A DNA stretch of 64,000 nt, taken from Chlorokybus atmophyticus. Its lineage: Eukaryota > Plantae > Mesostigma and Chlorokybus algae. The stretch covers positions 806,460 through 870,459 of the forward strand of contig RHPI01000560.1 in assembly GCA_009103225.1 (NCBI GenBank). Reading direction: 5' to 3'. The notes under the pieces were generated by a model. That model did not search any database, was not told where the DNA came from, and saw only the letters and a program-made list of their open reading frames with translations. Below, piece after piece: positions 26,423 through 39,001 of this stretch. Each line of letters begins with the position of its first letter. The stretch's first letter is position 1. A program made the position numbers and the translations under genes.

Positions 26423-28217
26423 GAGCAGAGGGAACGAGAGCACATTCAGCAACAACAGCAACAGCTCCAGCAGCAGCAGCAACATCTTCAACAGCATCAG
26501 CCGGAGGGATCTGCGGCAGTGGCAGCGGCCGCAGCGGCCGCCGCTGCTGCGGCCGTGTCAGCGGGGTATCCGCGATCACCACAACACCCACAGCAACAGC
26601 GCTCTGAGCACTTCCCGTACGCCGGCATTGGCGGAGCCGCAGGCGTGCTGGGCGCCGGCCTTGCGGGCCTAGGTACGCAACCCACTACTCAAGCATGCAC
26701 AACATCTGGCACACATACACGTACCCACAATCAGCTAGTGAAGCGCATGCGACAAACAGTACATCAGTTGGTACATTTCGATCTATGTGTCCGCGTGTCC
26801 ATGGCAATGTCACGCCATGTGCGCGTGTTTGTGTGGAGTCCATGTGGGGAAGCACGCAAACTTGTTGGCGTGCACTGGAGCAGGGATTGGTATGGCTGTG
26901 GGTGCTGCGGGGGGAGGGGAGGAGGGCATGTTGGGTTTGCCGGCGGGGCTGCCCGCTTTACCGGCTCCAGAGCCGGGTAAGAGGAAACGGGGGCGTCCGC
27001 GCAAGGCGCCTCTCGCGCTTGGGAGTGGCCTGGTCGGCGTCTTCGGGGGCGCGAGCACGGCAGCCGCACCTAGTGCGGTACCCGTCGTCAAGCGCGGGAG
27101 AGGCAGGCCACCGGGATCAGGTACATACATTCATGCATCGTCACTACACACTGGGCGTGAGAAGGGTTGTTGGTTCTGGAGCAAATCGGTAGATTTCACA
27201 CATTTGCATCTGCAGGCTCTTCGCTGTCGCCGCATGTGATCAACGTGATGCCGGGTGAGGTGAGTTTGTGCTCTCCCTTCTCGCGCACGCTCGCTAACAG
27301 CCACATCAACTTTTACAGTGCATATGTTGACTCAATGGACTCCACCTTCACTTTCAGGACATACTTGCGGTGATCATGCAGTACCCTCGCGAAAGAAGAC
27401 GAGGTGTGTGCGTGCTCGCCGCGCACGGCGTCGTCTCTACGGCCACGCTCGGCAGACCCGCACAGCCCGGCGCAACCGTGCGGATTGAGGTAAGATGTTG
27501 GCAGTGTGGCTGTTGCTGTTGTTGTTGATGTTGGTTGTGAATAACTGTCTCTCCCCACCAGGGAAGACTTGAGATCCTCACATTTTCTGGTGCACTGGTG
27601 CCGCACGACACCTCCGCCGGCTCGCGTGGCGCGGGCGGCCTCAGCATATCGTTTGTGAACTCGGACGGGCAGGTGCAGGCTGGAAGCGTGGAGGGACCGC
27701 TCATCGCCTCCACAGTCGTGCAGGTGAGCACAATGCACTGGAGTTTGTATGCGTGTGCCTGCGCATGTGCGTTTGCGTGTTCATGACACATGCTCTTCTC
27801 TTGCAACAGCTTGTGTTGGGTAGCTTTCGGCACGGGGAGGGCCCCGAAGCGGCGAGCACATCCGTGTCTGCGGAGGCCCAAGCCGTGCTCGGCATGTTGC
27901 CAGGGACATCCTCTATGCATCATCATCAGCAGCAACAACAACATCAACACCATCAGCAACAGCAACAGCAACGCCACGCGGCCGGGACGCAGCAGCAGCA
28001 CGCGGGCATGGGCCACATGACTCTGGAAGAGCAGGGCAGGGCGATGCAGGCGCTGCAGCTGCCGGGAACCCACTGGCAACAGCACCCGCAGGCACAACAA
28101 CAGGCTCAACAACAAGCCCAACAACAGCAGCAGCAGCAGCACCATCAAGCCAGCCTCATGCTGCCTCACCTACCGGACTGGCCCGTGCAGCCCAAACGGG
28201 AACGGGACCCGCGGTGA
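26309..28217 (+). CDS. AHL: AT-hook motif nuclear-localized protein (two AT-hooks plus PPC/DUF296), clade-B type, with polyQ tails
   Basis: KRKRGRPRK and KRGRGRPPGSG hooks; PPC domain SPHVINVMPGE|DILAVIMQY...VCVLAAHGVVSTATL...TVRIE|GRLEILTFSG...GGLSISFVNSDGQVQAGSVEGPLIASTVVQ|LVLGSF with phase-0 introns. Confidence 0.92.
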
Positions 28218-30089
28218 CGCAGAGTCTCTTCCATTCAACGAGAGCGGTCCTCCCACAGCTGACTGCACATGCCGTCCTTAACTGATGTGCATTCGACACT
28301 GTAACATGGGCCCGATTTATCCTTGAGAAAGCACGGCATCACCCACATGTAGACTAGACTTCATTGTGCACACGCCAGCCCAGCTGCCAAAGATCACGTC
28401 ATCGCAGTTGGCTTGGCCGGATAGCGTAAGCACCCCACCGAAGTTCTGCTTACAACATTGTATTTATACCAGAGATACTCTACAAGCACCTCCTCAGAGA
28501 GACCCACACCAAGCCACACCAAACCAGGATATATATGTAACGCTAGACCCAATGCACTGCAATTTTTCCTCCATTGATGCGACTTATTTGCGCTGATGCT
28601 CTGATCCCCTGGTATTATTGGCCTCGGCAATGCTGTGTGCTGCGTATCAGCTGTGAACGTCGGTTATTGTAGTCAACTGGTTGATTACTAAATCCCACTT
28701 GTCGGACATCACATGCACCATGAATGACACCTCTGCTGCCACTGTCCATTGCAAGCAACAGTGACAACAACAAATGAGCATGCATACATGGTTGGATGCA
28801 GCCCCCTGTGCAAACAATTCATGCGCTTCAAGTTGAGTGATTGGCGTGTATCCTCCACATGGTAACCTGTGCATTTGCCAGTAAGTCAGTGCTGGCCAAT
28901 GACAGCAAGTCCCAATAGCTTCTTCGCATGTTGGTTTTCTCAATGCACATGGCAAGCTCATCTGCTGTCCGTTTTGCGCACTTGTAGGGGCACACAATAC
29001 AAGGACGGTGCACTACATGAAGCTGGTAATAGTAATTATTGCCGTCGAAGTGCACGCATGTAAGTTGAGTTGCTGTATACTATACGGTGTGTAGGCCATA
29101 CTATGGGTAGCCTATGCACATTCGGTTAAAGGATGGTGCACATAGCAGCTCCCTATTATGACAAACACAGCAGTCATGTAATGCACAAAGCTCAAACCCT
29201 TCATCAGACGCGTTGTGTTTTTTCGAGCAATCTCAGCTGCAATCACCCCAGTACATGTCAATACAATGGGCACACCGGTGCACGAGCGTGTGTACGACAC
29301 ACTTGACGGGCTAACAACATGGTTTGACAACCTCGCTGCTGGCTTAACCTGGCTACATCTGCAACATGGAGAGAAAAGCACCTGGAGACAAGCGCTGACA
29401 GATACGAGCAATGAAACAACCTGTCGGCTACAATCGTTACTAGTTGGGCAGCAACAACTCAATTTCATCAAACTTACAGCGAGTAATTGGAGTCCTCCAA
29501 TTAACCTTATTGCCTGTAATAAAACGGCCACAAAGAACATGCAGCAAGCGCCTGCCTTGCAAAGCATGTGCAGAGGGAGGATCCTCTTATGAAATATCTC
29601 TGATCTAGTACAAGATTTCATGCACGGCTGCGAGCTTGAGTGATCTTCAGGCCTAAGATGGACACTCGCCTGAGTTCAAAGGTCTTATAATGAAGTTCAG
29701 TGTCATATTCATCCCTCACCTCGTCTTCGGCTTCGATGAGGATTGCAACGCCATCAGCGATGGCAACGCCATCGATTCAACCATCCACAAGATATGATAA
29801 ATGTTAGAGAGAGTTTAACAAAAGGCAACAATTACACTTGCATAGCAACCTTGCCATTTTGGCTTTGAAATTTTCTCTTATGAAGCCGCCTTGGATTTGC
29901 ATCGCCATGCGCAGCGAGCAGTTTAACACTGTGCTCTGCAACCTCGCCTTCCTACCAAGTGTTACACGCTTAATGGAACCTTTGTGGCTTCTCACCTATT
30001 CATAGAAGTAATACGTCACAACCAACACTTCTGCATGACAACTTACGTATGCAACCAGTGAACCTTACTTGGGCTTCGAACGGAGAATC

Positions 30090-30451
30090 GTCTCATCTGA
30101 CCTGCACGTACTCACCACCGTCTTTGCTCCACATTCTCAAACAACGGCCAATTTACAAGGTGTTCACTCGGAAGGCACGGACTCGACTCTGCAATAGTGT
30201 CACCTCTACAAAGCATGATTGCCTCTTTGAACTGTGCATGATAGGCAAAGCAACACTCAGTTGCATTGATAACTTGCTTATGTACAAATCACTTGCAGAA
30301 ACTCATGTGTTAAAGGAAGGTTTAAGCTCACTGCACTTTTGGGGACGGAACGATAATAATGGCGCTTCCACTCTTGAGAGGGTCTGTCCTCATTCGAAAA
30401 TATCAACGTCACATCGTCAAACCCTTGCTTGAGTTTGTAATACGGCACTTG
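30090..30451 (-). CDS. Possible internal exons of an unknown gene
   Basis: CTACAG|QVPYYKLKQGFDDVTLIFSNEDRPSQEWKRHYYRSVPK (30451-30337) and a second open block ending at a GTGAGT donor; no family recognised. Confidence 0.3.
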
Positions 30452-30782
30452 CTGTAGAGACGAGGTTCAAGTAAGGTGACAAAACAAACACCATAACACC
30501 ATGAAGGCACACACCAGTGGCAAACCTAACTTTGCTCCATTGTCAACCGACGCAAGAGACATGGTTTGCACGATAACCGCCGCCCAAAGCTGCAGTCTTC
30601 CTCCGCAATGTGCCCGCCGCCCGCCCATTCAGCACAACTTTTTTCTGGTCTACAAACACGCAACCCATCCTTTAAACTTGAAACACAGCAGACATCGAAC
30701 AACACGATTGCTAATAAACAAACACCAACACTCGAACGGGAAACCCTAACACAGCAGATGATAGTGGCGCGCGGACTGCCGT

Positions 30783-31338
30783 TGTAGTGTCGGTTAATGT
30801 GGAATAGGCTAAGAAGGGCTTCTGAAGCATCAATAAGTAATACACAACCTTTCATGGTAGCGACTTTGCTACCATGGCCTAGTTGGTCGAGCTCGGCGTT
30901 ACATTGGTAATCGGAGCTTAAATTCTAAGGTACTGCGTTTGAGTCCCACCGGGCGCGAGTGGGTAGGTTTTGGGTGTCATCGGTCGATGGAAAGCAGACT
31001 GGTCAAAAAACTGGTCGGATCGATTGACAATTAACTGTAAAGGCCGATTAACTGACTCGACGCGCAGCGTCACTGGTGCGCGCGGCCACGGGGCAAATCG
31101 CCGCGGATAACTACGCGGCGTGACCGGTAACGGCTGGTTATGACCGCACGCGAGCAAGCCCTGCCGATTAGAAAGGACCAAGATATGCAGGTCAATCGCG
31201 GTTAAAGCCGGGTGTAAGTAATGCTGGTTGATGTGGAATAGGCTAAGAAGGGCTTATGAAGCATTAATAAGCAATGCACAATCTCTTATGGTAGCAACTG
31301 TTGCTACCATGGCCGGGTTGGTCGAGCTGTGCGTTACA
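30783..31338 (+). mobile_element. TRIM family A, copy 1 (miniature non-coding LTR retrotransposon)
   Basis: LTRs 30783-30903 and about 31217-31338, PBS TGGTAATCGGAGC at 30905-30917, purine-rich GCGGTTAAAGCCGGG before the 3' LTR, and a perfect 5-bp TSD GCCGT (30778-30782, 31339-31343). Confidence 0.92.
30868..30949 (+). promoter_or_regulatory. tRNA-type Pol III internal promoter candidate spanning LTR end, PBS and internal region
   Basis: A-box-like TGGCCTAGTTGG at 30875-30886 in the LTR; B-box/T-arm-like GCGTTTGAGTCCCAC at 30935-30949 outside the LTR. Confidence 0.6.
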
Positions 31339-33244
31339 GCCGTAAAAGCACACGACGCCAACATGAGTCGCCGATTTCGCGACCCATGGCTAAACGCTGA
31401 AAAGCAGTCAGGGCCATTTGCGTGACTACATATGCGCAGAAAAGATCGTAATGGGTAAAGCAAGCAAACATAGCAACATAACCATTGGTAATGGGAAGAT
31501 TACTAAACACATCTGTTGGACTGAGCATAGTGTAGCATGTAAGGTGTGGGTGCGCACGCCAAGCGGAAACTCTTTTGCCAAATGGCCGCACGCCAAGCTG
31601 CATAGCGCCTCCTCCTATATAAAAGAAGGAGTGGGCAGTTCGTGCATGCAAGGTCACACATGCCGTGTTCTCATGCAAACTAGCAGCAGTAGAACAACTC
31701 ACCAATGCGACCACCGGGCTTAACGCACCTGCTGTCTACCATGCCTACATAATCCTACTACTATTGCCCCCTTCTTAGTCATGCAGGCAGGTATGCATGC
31801 ACGGCAAGGTCAAGCACCTACACATGCGTTTTGTGTTCAGTGGCCCAACCACAACACCTGTCAGACGGCTGCAGATGTGCACTTTAAGCTACTAAGAAGT
31901 GCACACCATCCCAAAGGCGCACGTGCATGCATTGAAACGGCCAGTCCAGGCTGCGGGCTATGCGTGCCCATGAAAGGTAGCGGTTGGTTCAAACCTTACG
32001 GCCTGCACACGAGGGAAGGGGGCGCAAGTTCAGCAAGAACAACAGTATGAACCGCTCAGCACAACCTCACGCAACGCCGCCGCCGGTGGCAACCTCCACG
32101 ACAGACGCGACCGCGGGGTTTATTGGCGGTTCACCACAGTATACTGTTGTACGATTAGGGCAAGACACATGCCGCAGGCTAGCGCTCAGTCTGTGGCATG
32201 TGTGGCATTCAACAGTTGGTTAAATGTGATTAAACTTGGCAGGCCTTTTAACACGCGCTGATGTGCGATTGTGGACCACCGGCAAACAACAGCAGTCAGT
32301 GATGTGACCAAAAACGTTGCATCTCATGGTGAGATTCTCACTAAGCACCCATGAACATATGGTTGAGCTTATATAATGCCAGCGTGCCATACACAACTGC
32401 TGTTGTTGTGTTTAGCATCCATTATCCTGCTTGTAGTTTGATGTGCCAACTATTGCACTCTGATCAGCTGACAATGCACATGCAGAATGGACACCAGGTC
32501 CAACATTACAGTCTCATTCACGATTGATGAACATACAAGCGCAAGCACCATGTCATTGCCCTCCATTGCCAACACGCAGCACAATATGACAGCCACGGAT
32601 TGGAGGCGCTGTCTGCGTTGTACACGGGCGCAGTGACAGCAAAAAGAGCCAATTGTGAAGGGTGATAACGGGTGTCATTGCTTTCTGGAGTAATACCATG
32701 CACTGAGAGCATAACAGACTCCTGATGTGCCGGTGGTTATAGTTCACTACTTGCAAAATCACTAGGTGAGAGACGTTCACCGCTGAGGTCAACATCAGCA
32801 GCACTGATTACATACACGGGTCTGCTATTCGAGGTGGCTTCACCCATACAAAACTGTGCAATGAGCGACGTGCTAACCGCACCAGAATGCAATGATGCTG
32901 TAGCTGCAAGGCATTAGTGTTGACTCACAATTGATCTTGAGACCAGAAGGGCGTTTCACGCATCTGGCGATATGACAAGTAGCAGTTGCGACCACTGGTG
33001 TGCTGGCACATGATGCTCACTGCTTGCGTGTGCTGAAGAGCTTGCGCTGCTTTGGGGCGACTGGCTTTCATCTTCAAGTCTCACCGTTGACAGCTCTGCA
33101 CTCCATGACCATTGCTTGGCGTACGGTAAGCAATCCCTCTCACTGCTTTCACCAATGGTAGATGGCACGGCACCCTGGAGGACAACCTTCCCATGCGGGC
33201 TGTCATGCTGTGCGTGCTTACAACACCCACAGAGCACGCGCGTC

Positions 33245-34391
33245 TCATCTGCGCTTTAGTTTGGCCGCCTCCTCTTCCGACAGCTCGTTGCTTCGCTCCG
33301 CGAATCCCGGTATGGGCGGCGTCCACGTGGCGGGGTGTCGACGCAGCGGGAAGGGCGAGACGTCCAAGGACAGCGCGGCCATGCGCAGAGAGTCCGTCGG
33401 CAGAGCAGCCAACGCCTCGCGCTTCAGACGAAGCTTCACGCTCTCGTCGCGATTGCGCGAACGCTGCTCAGCCATCTGCAAGAGCGCATCGCACTGGGGT
33501 GAGACAACACACGTCCGCACTGACCCCATTGCTGTGTTTGTGACTATCTCTGTGTGAGCAAAGTGAGTCCCATGGACCTTTGCGCACATGCGCATGCATG
33601 CGCGCGCACACCTCATGGACTTTGCTCCTGGCATCACACAACAATGCTGCAAGTTGTTAGGTCTAGGGCGAGAGGACAGGTAGGTGTGCATGCATGCGCA
33701 CATAGCATTGGGTCAAACACGTCCATCACACAAGCAGCTGCTGTTGCTGCGGGTCTTAATGATAATTTGCTCCGCAGCCAAGCAACTGTTGCGTGCATGC
33801 AGTACATTGAATGCAGCACAAACCATGCGCACTGAAATATCAGAAACATTTTTATGCAAACAAGAACTGTCGTCGCCATGATGATGATGATGATGACAGG
33901 ATCATCGTCGTGGCTGGCACATATGCATGTGTGTATCTGTGGTCAATGACGGTAGCCTCCTTGTCAAAACAGTCACACAGGCAAAACGAAATCAACCAGA
34001 AATGGGGATGGAGCTGCGAAAGTAAAACAGACACCGCCGGATACAACTGTAAACACAAAGCGGCGACATCGTTAACCGCCCAATTCGGCTATCATGATGA
34101 TCGTCCAAAGCAACAACAGTGACCGCACCAATTCATCCATCACGTAAGCGCCATCACCTTGAGCCTCGAGTATTCCTTTGCTTTCCGTGCATCCTCCTCC
34201 CTATGCGGTTGCGCGGGTGTGTACTTGGGTGCGGGCGTGAGCGCTTTCAGCAGGAGTGCCAGCGCGGCGTCCTCCGGGCTGCGACCTTTACCCTTACCCT
34301 TGCCCTTGCCAGACGCTGCAGCACCTCCGCCCGCCTTGGACGCGGCGGTGGCAAGCGCCCGCCCACCACGGCGCAACAGCAGCAAACCCAT
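33245..34391 (-). CDS. mL40: Mitochondrial ribosomal protein mL40, plant type, two exons
   Basis: Basic presequence, then KAKEYSRLK|MAEQRSRNRDESVKLRLKREALAALPTDSLRMAALSLDVSPFPLRRHPATWTPPIPGF; exons 34391-34158 and 33475-33245. Confidence 0.85.
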
Positions 34392-34650
34392 GCGCCGCCC
34401 CTCACCTCAGTTCCAGGACAACGACAATGACTACCACGACGTTAATTTCTCTCGCGCATCACGAACAGCAAGCACACCGCCGCCGTCCCCGTCGCCGCCG
34501 CCGCCGCCTAGGTGTGCTGCTTCTCCTGCAGTTGCCTGCAGAGCAATCCTGCGAGCGGCGGAGGCGAAAGCGAAGCGGCGGCCGCAAGAGAGAGCGAGAG
34601 AGAGGAGGAGCATTAGTTGTAGGAGTGGCGTGCTGTGGCTCCTCCTTGGC

Positions 34651-35598
34651 ATGGATGGGTTGAACGGCGTCACGTCAACTGCGCAGGTGAGTGCGGCGTA
34701 GAGCGTTTCCTCTCTCTCTTAGGCTGTGTGCAATCTCTACTCCTTTTATTTGCTATCTGCAGTCTGTGCAGTCTCCGGTGACGATGATGTGATGCGGAAA
34801 GAACGCTTATGTTTCTGGGCCCGTGCTGTGTCATCACCACATTGCTGTTTGGCGACGCTCTGGTCGGGATGTTTATGTGTGTATAGCTGTTTGTGGAGTA
34901 GTGAGTTGATGAAAGCTTGCGCGTGAATTGATACAAGAGCAAAACAAACTAGTTGCATAGTCACTGCTTAGCTTGATGCTCACAAGTCAATGACGACTGG
35001 CCCACTCACACCGCTGCTGAACCAGCCAGTGGGTAACCAACCACATGCATGGGCTTGCTTGTCGAAGCACGCGCACGCACGCACGCAAGCATGTCAATGC
35101 ACAAGCAAGCTTGGTGCGAGTGCGAGTGTGAGTGCAATTGCCTTTCAGGCCGTGCGGGCGCTTGAGGCAGAGGTGGCGGCCCTGCGCAACGCACACAAGC
35201 TCATCTCCACGGAGCTCAGCTACCTCCAGGCAAGTGCATGCGCGCGTACCAGCGTCGTCGTGCACATGCGCTATACCCTATATAACGTCATGGTGGTGGC
35301 GCAGAATGAGGAGCAGATGATCCTGCAGGCCGTACGCGAGGGGGAAGGGGAGGAGGCCTCCGCACACCACCATGTCGAACCCCTCACCCTGCCACCTCAA
35401 CTAGGCGAGGAACCCGACTGTCGCGAGGAGCAGGATGAGATTGAGGATGAGGGTGAGGATGAGGATGTGGCGATGGAGCTGGAGCGTGGGCTGGAGATGG
35501 AGCAGCAGCAGCAGCAGCAAAGACAATGCGGCTCGGCAGTAGATGACGACAGTGGTCATGGGGCGGTGATGAGTGACGTGCATCAGCAGCCAGGATAG
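34651..35598 (+). CDS. Small protein with a short coiled coil and acidic tail, unknown function, three exons
   Basis: MDGLNGVTSTAQ|AVRALEAEVAALRNAHKLISTELSYLQ|NEEQMILQ... with canonical splice sites; divergent from mL40. Confidence 0.55.
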
Positions 35599-36407
35599 GT
35601 GACCAAGCGAGTTGGTGTTTGGTTTGTTCCTTGTCACAGTGGTCATTGCGTAATGACACTTGTACGTTGGTACACATGTTGGTAGTGTTAAACTATTGCG
35701 CAGGGTTACAAGCCAGTATGTAATGTAACTTGAACCGCAACGTAACGGCATGCAAACTGTGCTGAGTGAATCTGCTGCCTATTGAGATGGTCAACATATG
35801 TACCCAATGCGTGAAGCTGCTCCTGGGAAAGGGAGCCGCGCGAATAGTTTGCAGTCACGCATGTCGCAATTTGCAGCTCGTAAGCTGCTTGTGCATGGCA
35901 GAAGCCCACGTAATGAAGCCTTCAGGCGGTATCGGAGCCTCCTGAACATGGCTTTCTTCGCAAAGCGTAATGACCAAGATGTGCTCGTCTGCTCGCTTGT
36001 TTCCAGCTGCGCGCGCCTTTGTTGGACGGAATAGTTCTTCACCAGACTGTATGAGAGGACGCACACTGCACACTGGCATGGCACCTCACCAACCGCGCAG
36101 CAACAACAAACAAGCTGTGTCACGAATGAGCCTCATAAGGAACGCACAACATGGTATAAACTGAACAATGTCAAACACACAAACTACATGTATGGGCGCA
36201 AGCTGAGACAAATGCAGGCCTCAATGAAACCCAGCAAGAAAGCCTTGAAGCTACACTGCTGTGCTGAGGCAGCGCTCCCCGTTCACCTGAGTATGCTCAT
36301 GAACAGGAAAGTGAAGCACCTGGAAGTTGTTTTCAAGTCAATGCACCTAACCCCAAACAACAGAAAATCTCCCCACAACTCATTAACATGTACAAAACTG
36401 CGTGCCC

Positions 36408-37890
36408 TTATGACTGCGCGTTAGCACTATTCTCGTACTCGGCAATGGCCTCGGGAGCGATGTTGGCGGCATCTTCCCAGCTGTCTTCTGCGTCATCGGT
36501 CCATTGCACGAGGTACTCCACCGTGTCTCCGTCAATGCGCTTGTTCAGGACCTTGGCGACCTCCCCATACTCCAACCCGTCCTCAAAATCCCTAATGATA
36601 GCCTCATCGATGCTGGATGCGGGCTCCCAGCTGTCTTCAGATCCATCGCTCCATCGCACGAGATACTCCACTTCAGTCTTGCTGTTGTCCCCCTCCTTTT
36701 TTTCCCCCTCCTCCTCTCCCACCCTCTTGTCCAGTATGGCGGTGACCTCCACCTCCTCGAACACGGCCTCATCAAGCAGCCTGACCACCTCTGCTAGCGC
36801 CATTCGCTTGGCAAACTGCAGCGGGTTGTCTTTGGGCAATCTATCCAACAAACCCTGCGCAAGATCAAGCGCTGATCTTCCCGCCACATCCGCGAGCTCG
36901 GGGTCGGCACCAGCAGCTAAAAGCTCTGTCACTGCGCCCGTGTGGACGTAGCCGGCGGCGATGTGGAGAGGGGTGTAGCCGTCCTTGTCTTGCACAGAGA
37001 CGTCCGCGCCGGCATCGAGCAAAGCGCGAACGCAGTCCTTGGAGCCAATGCCGGAAGCGTAGTGCAAGGCGGTGCGGCCGTTGGCGTCGCGCTTGTCAAC
37101 GAGACGACCCTCGGAAAGACGCTCTTGCAATGCAGAGAAATCACCTTGCTTGGAAACCTGTAGATTGGAAAACACATGCGTAAACATGGCGCATAAGCCT
37201 GACGGGGAACGACGATGATGGCATGCATGCGTGCGTGCATGCAGATTGTTAAACAGAGGTTAACTACTACTACTACTACTACTACTCACCGGCCACCATG
37301 CTTCTTCAAATGCGTCGATGACGTTGGGTGCGATGTTTTCTGCTGGTTCCCAGCTGTCTGGATGGTCGTCCTCCCACTTGATCAGGTACTCCACCCGGCC
37401 CTCATCCTCCGTGATGCGCGTCGCAACGATCTTGTCCACCTTGCCAACCTCCTCAACCTCCGACTGCAGCACGCACAAAGAGTGCCGTACAAACTGTGAA
37501 ACCATGCTTCAAACACAGCGAGGGAGGACTGCGACACTACACACAAACACACCTTACTTGCATGGAGGAGGGAGATTCCTGCTGCTCCTGCTGCTGCTCC
37601 TCTGCCTCGGCGGTGGTGGGAGCGGCGGTGGCAAGAGGAGGAGGTAGCAGGGGTCGTCGTCGTGATGACGTTTGCAGCGAACGGCGCAAAGAGGCGGGGG
37701 CAGAGGGGGAGGACGAGAGCGATAGGGAGGGTGTGCGGCGTGCACCTTGCAGGCCAGCCGCTTGCCGGAAGGCATGCTGTGACCTGCCAGCAGCAGAATG
37801 CCTGTTGCCGCCAGCAGCGCGGGCCGCTGATATCCGCGGCTGTGCAGTGAAGGTGGCTTGCATGGCAGGGGAGGCCATCGCGTTTGCCAT
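36408..37890 (-). CDS. cpSRP43: Chloroplast signal recognition particle 43 kDa subunit (chromo, ankyrin repeats, chromo, chromo)
   Basis: Transit peptide, CD1 (VEYLIKWEDDHPDSWEP...EAWW), ankyrins (RTALHYASG, GYTPLHIAAGY), CD2 and CD3 (EYLVRWSDG, VEYLVQWTD); two introns; the start Met may be 37896, 37890 or 37878. Confidence 0.95.
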
Positions 37891-38512
37891 CCTCATGCAA
37901 GCAGGCAGGCAAGCTGGCAGCACCGTCCTCGCCCACCCCGCCAACAACACCGCCGCCGCCGCCGCCGGTTCCGCCCCAATGCAGATGACGGCACAAATGC
38001 ACTTTAATCCGCAGCCAATCAGAGCACACCATCACCAGCCTCGATATCCGTCGACTGGTGTAACACCAGTAACTTCGCCGATTTCCGTATCTGTTCTGAA
38101 GCGCGGCAAAAACAAAGAAACAAACAAACGTCTATGCCGCGGAGGAGGAGGGTAAGAGATGAGGGGGAGAGACCCGGGGGAGAAGGAGTGTGCTCCCCAA
38201 TGTACGAGAGAGCGGGCACAGGGTGGGCGCTATGCACAAGTGGACACGTCACGCACCAGGAGGCTGGTCTTTGGGTGAGAGTGAGATAAAGCCCAACGAC
38301 AATTTTAAACAGCTTGTTGTAGAGAAGCTCGCGCTTATTGATCTCACATTGGGCATGCGTGAAGCAAGCGTGTTGTGGTACAACGTGCCATGCATTACCG
38401 TGACCACCGTTACATGTTGTTGTAGTTATGAGTGTATTACCTGTGTGCATGGGTCATCCAACCATAATCTTCAGCCGACGTTTGAGAGATCGTTGCTTGC
38501 ACGGCACAACTA

Positions 38513-39001
38513 TCGTCACACAAGCACACACCAATGGATGCACGCTAGCAACCCCTGCTAACCACCACCAAGCTTGCACACCAGAAACTAAGGAGCTAAA
38601 GGTTGTATTGCACATTGTAGAATGTCGCTTTTATATCTACCAGTCTGCACATACTACTGTCTAGACGATTCCCGTGCTACACAAAACTAGATGCTAAGAT
38701 GTTATTGCATAACCTTGTAGTATACTTTTAGATCCTTTCTTATGCACCAAAGATCTCCTGATTAGGTGCTCATATGGTCAAGTTATACTACTTGGCGCCA
38801 GGCCCTTCCAGAAATCTGGTCGAGCCCTTCTTGACTGGCCCTCCGTTTTCTGGCACCTTCCGACTGGTCTTGGGGCCCCGGTCGATATCCGCGGCAGCCT
38901 CATAACATCGCGGATGTCTGCCACAAGTCATGAATACGTGGTGCTCGAAAAATGGGCCAAAAAAGGTCTTATCATCATAAAACTTGGCCTCAACTGTTCC
39001 A
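38513..39001 (-). mobile_element. Truncated LTR of chromovirus family 1, inserted into TRIM family B
   Basis: Homologous to the other family-1 LTRs; its 5' end (TGGAAC for TGTAAC) abuts GACAT at 39002-39006 on the minus strand. Confidence 0.88.

Noticed and set aside
36408-37187. Chromodomains as part of a chromovirus
   Set aside because: They flank ankyrin repeats and follow a transit peptide and CD1, the cpSRP43 architecture.
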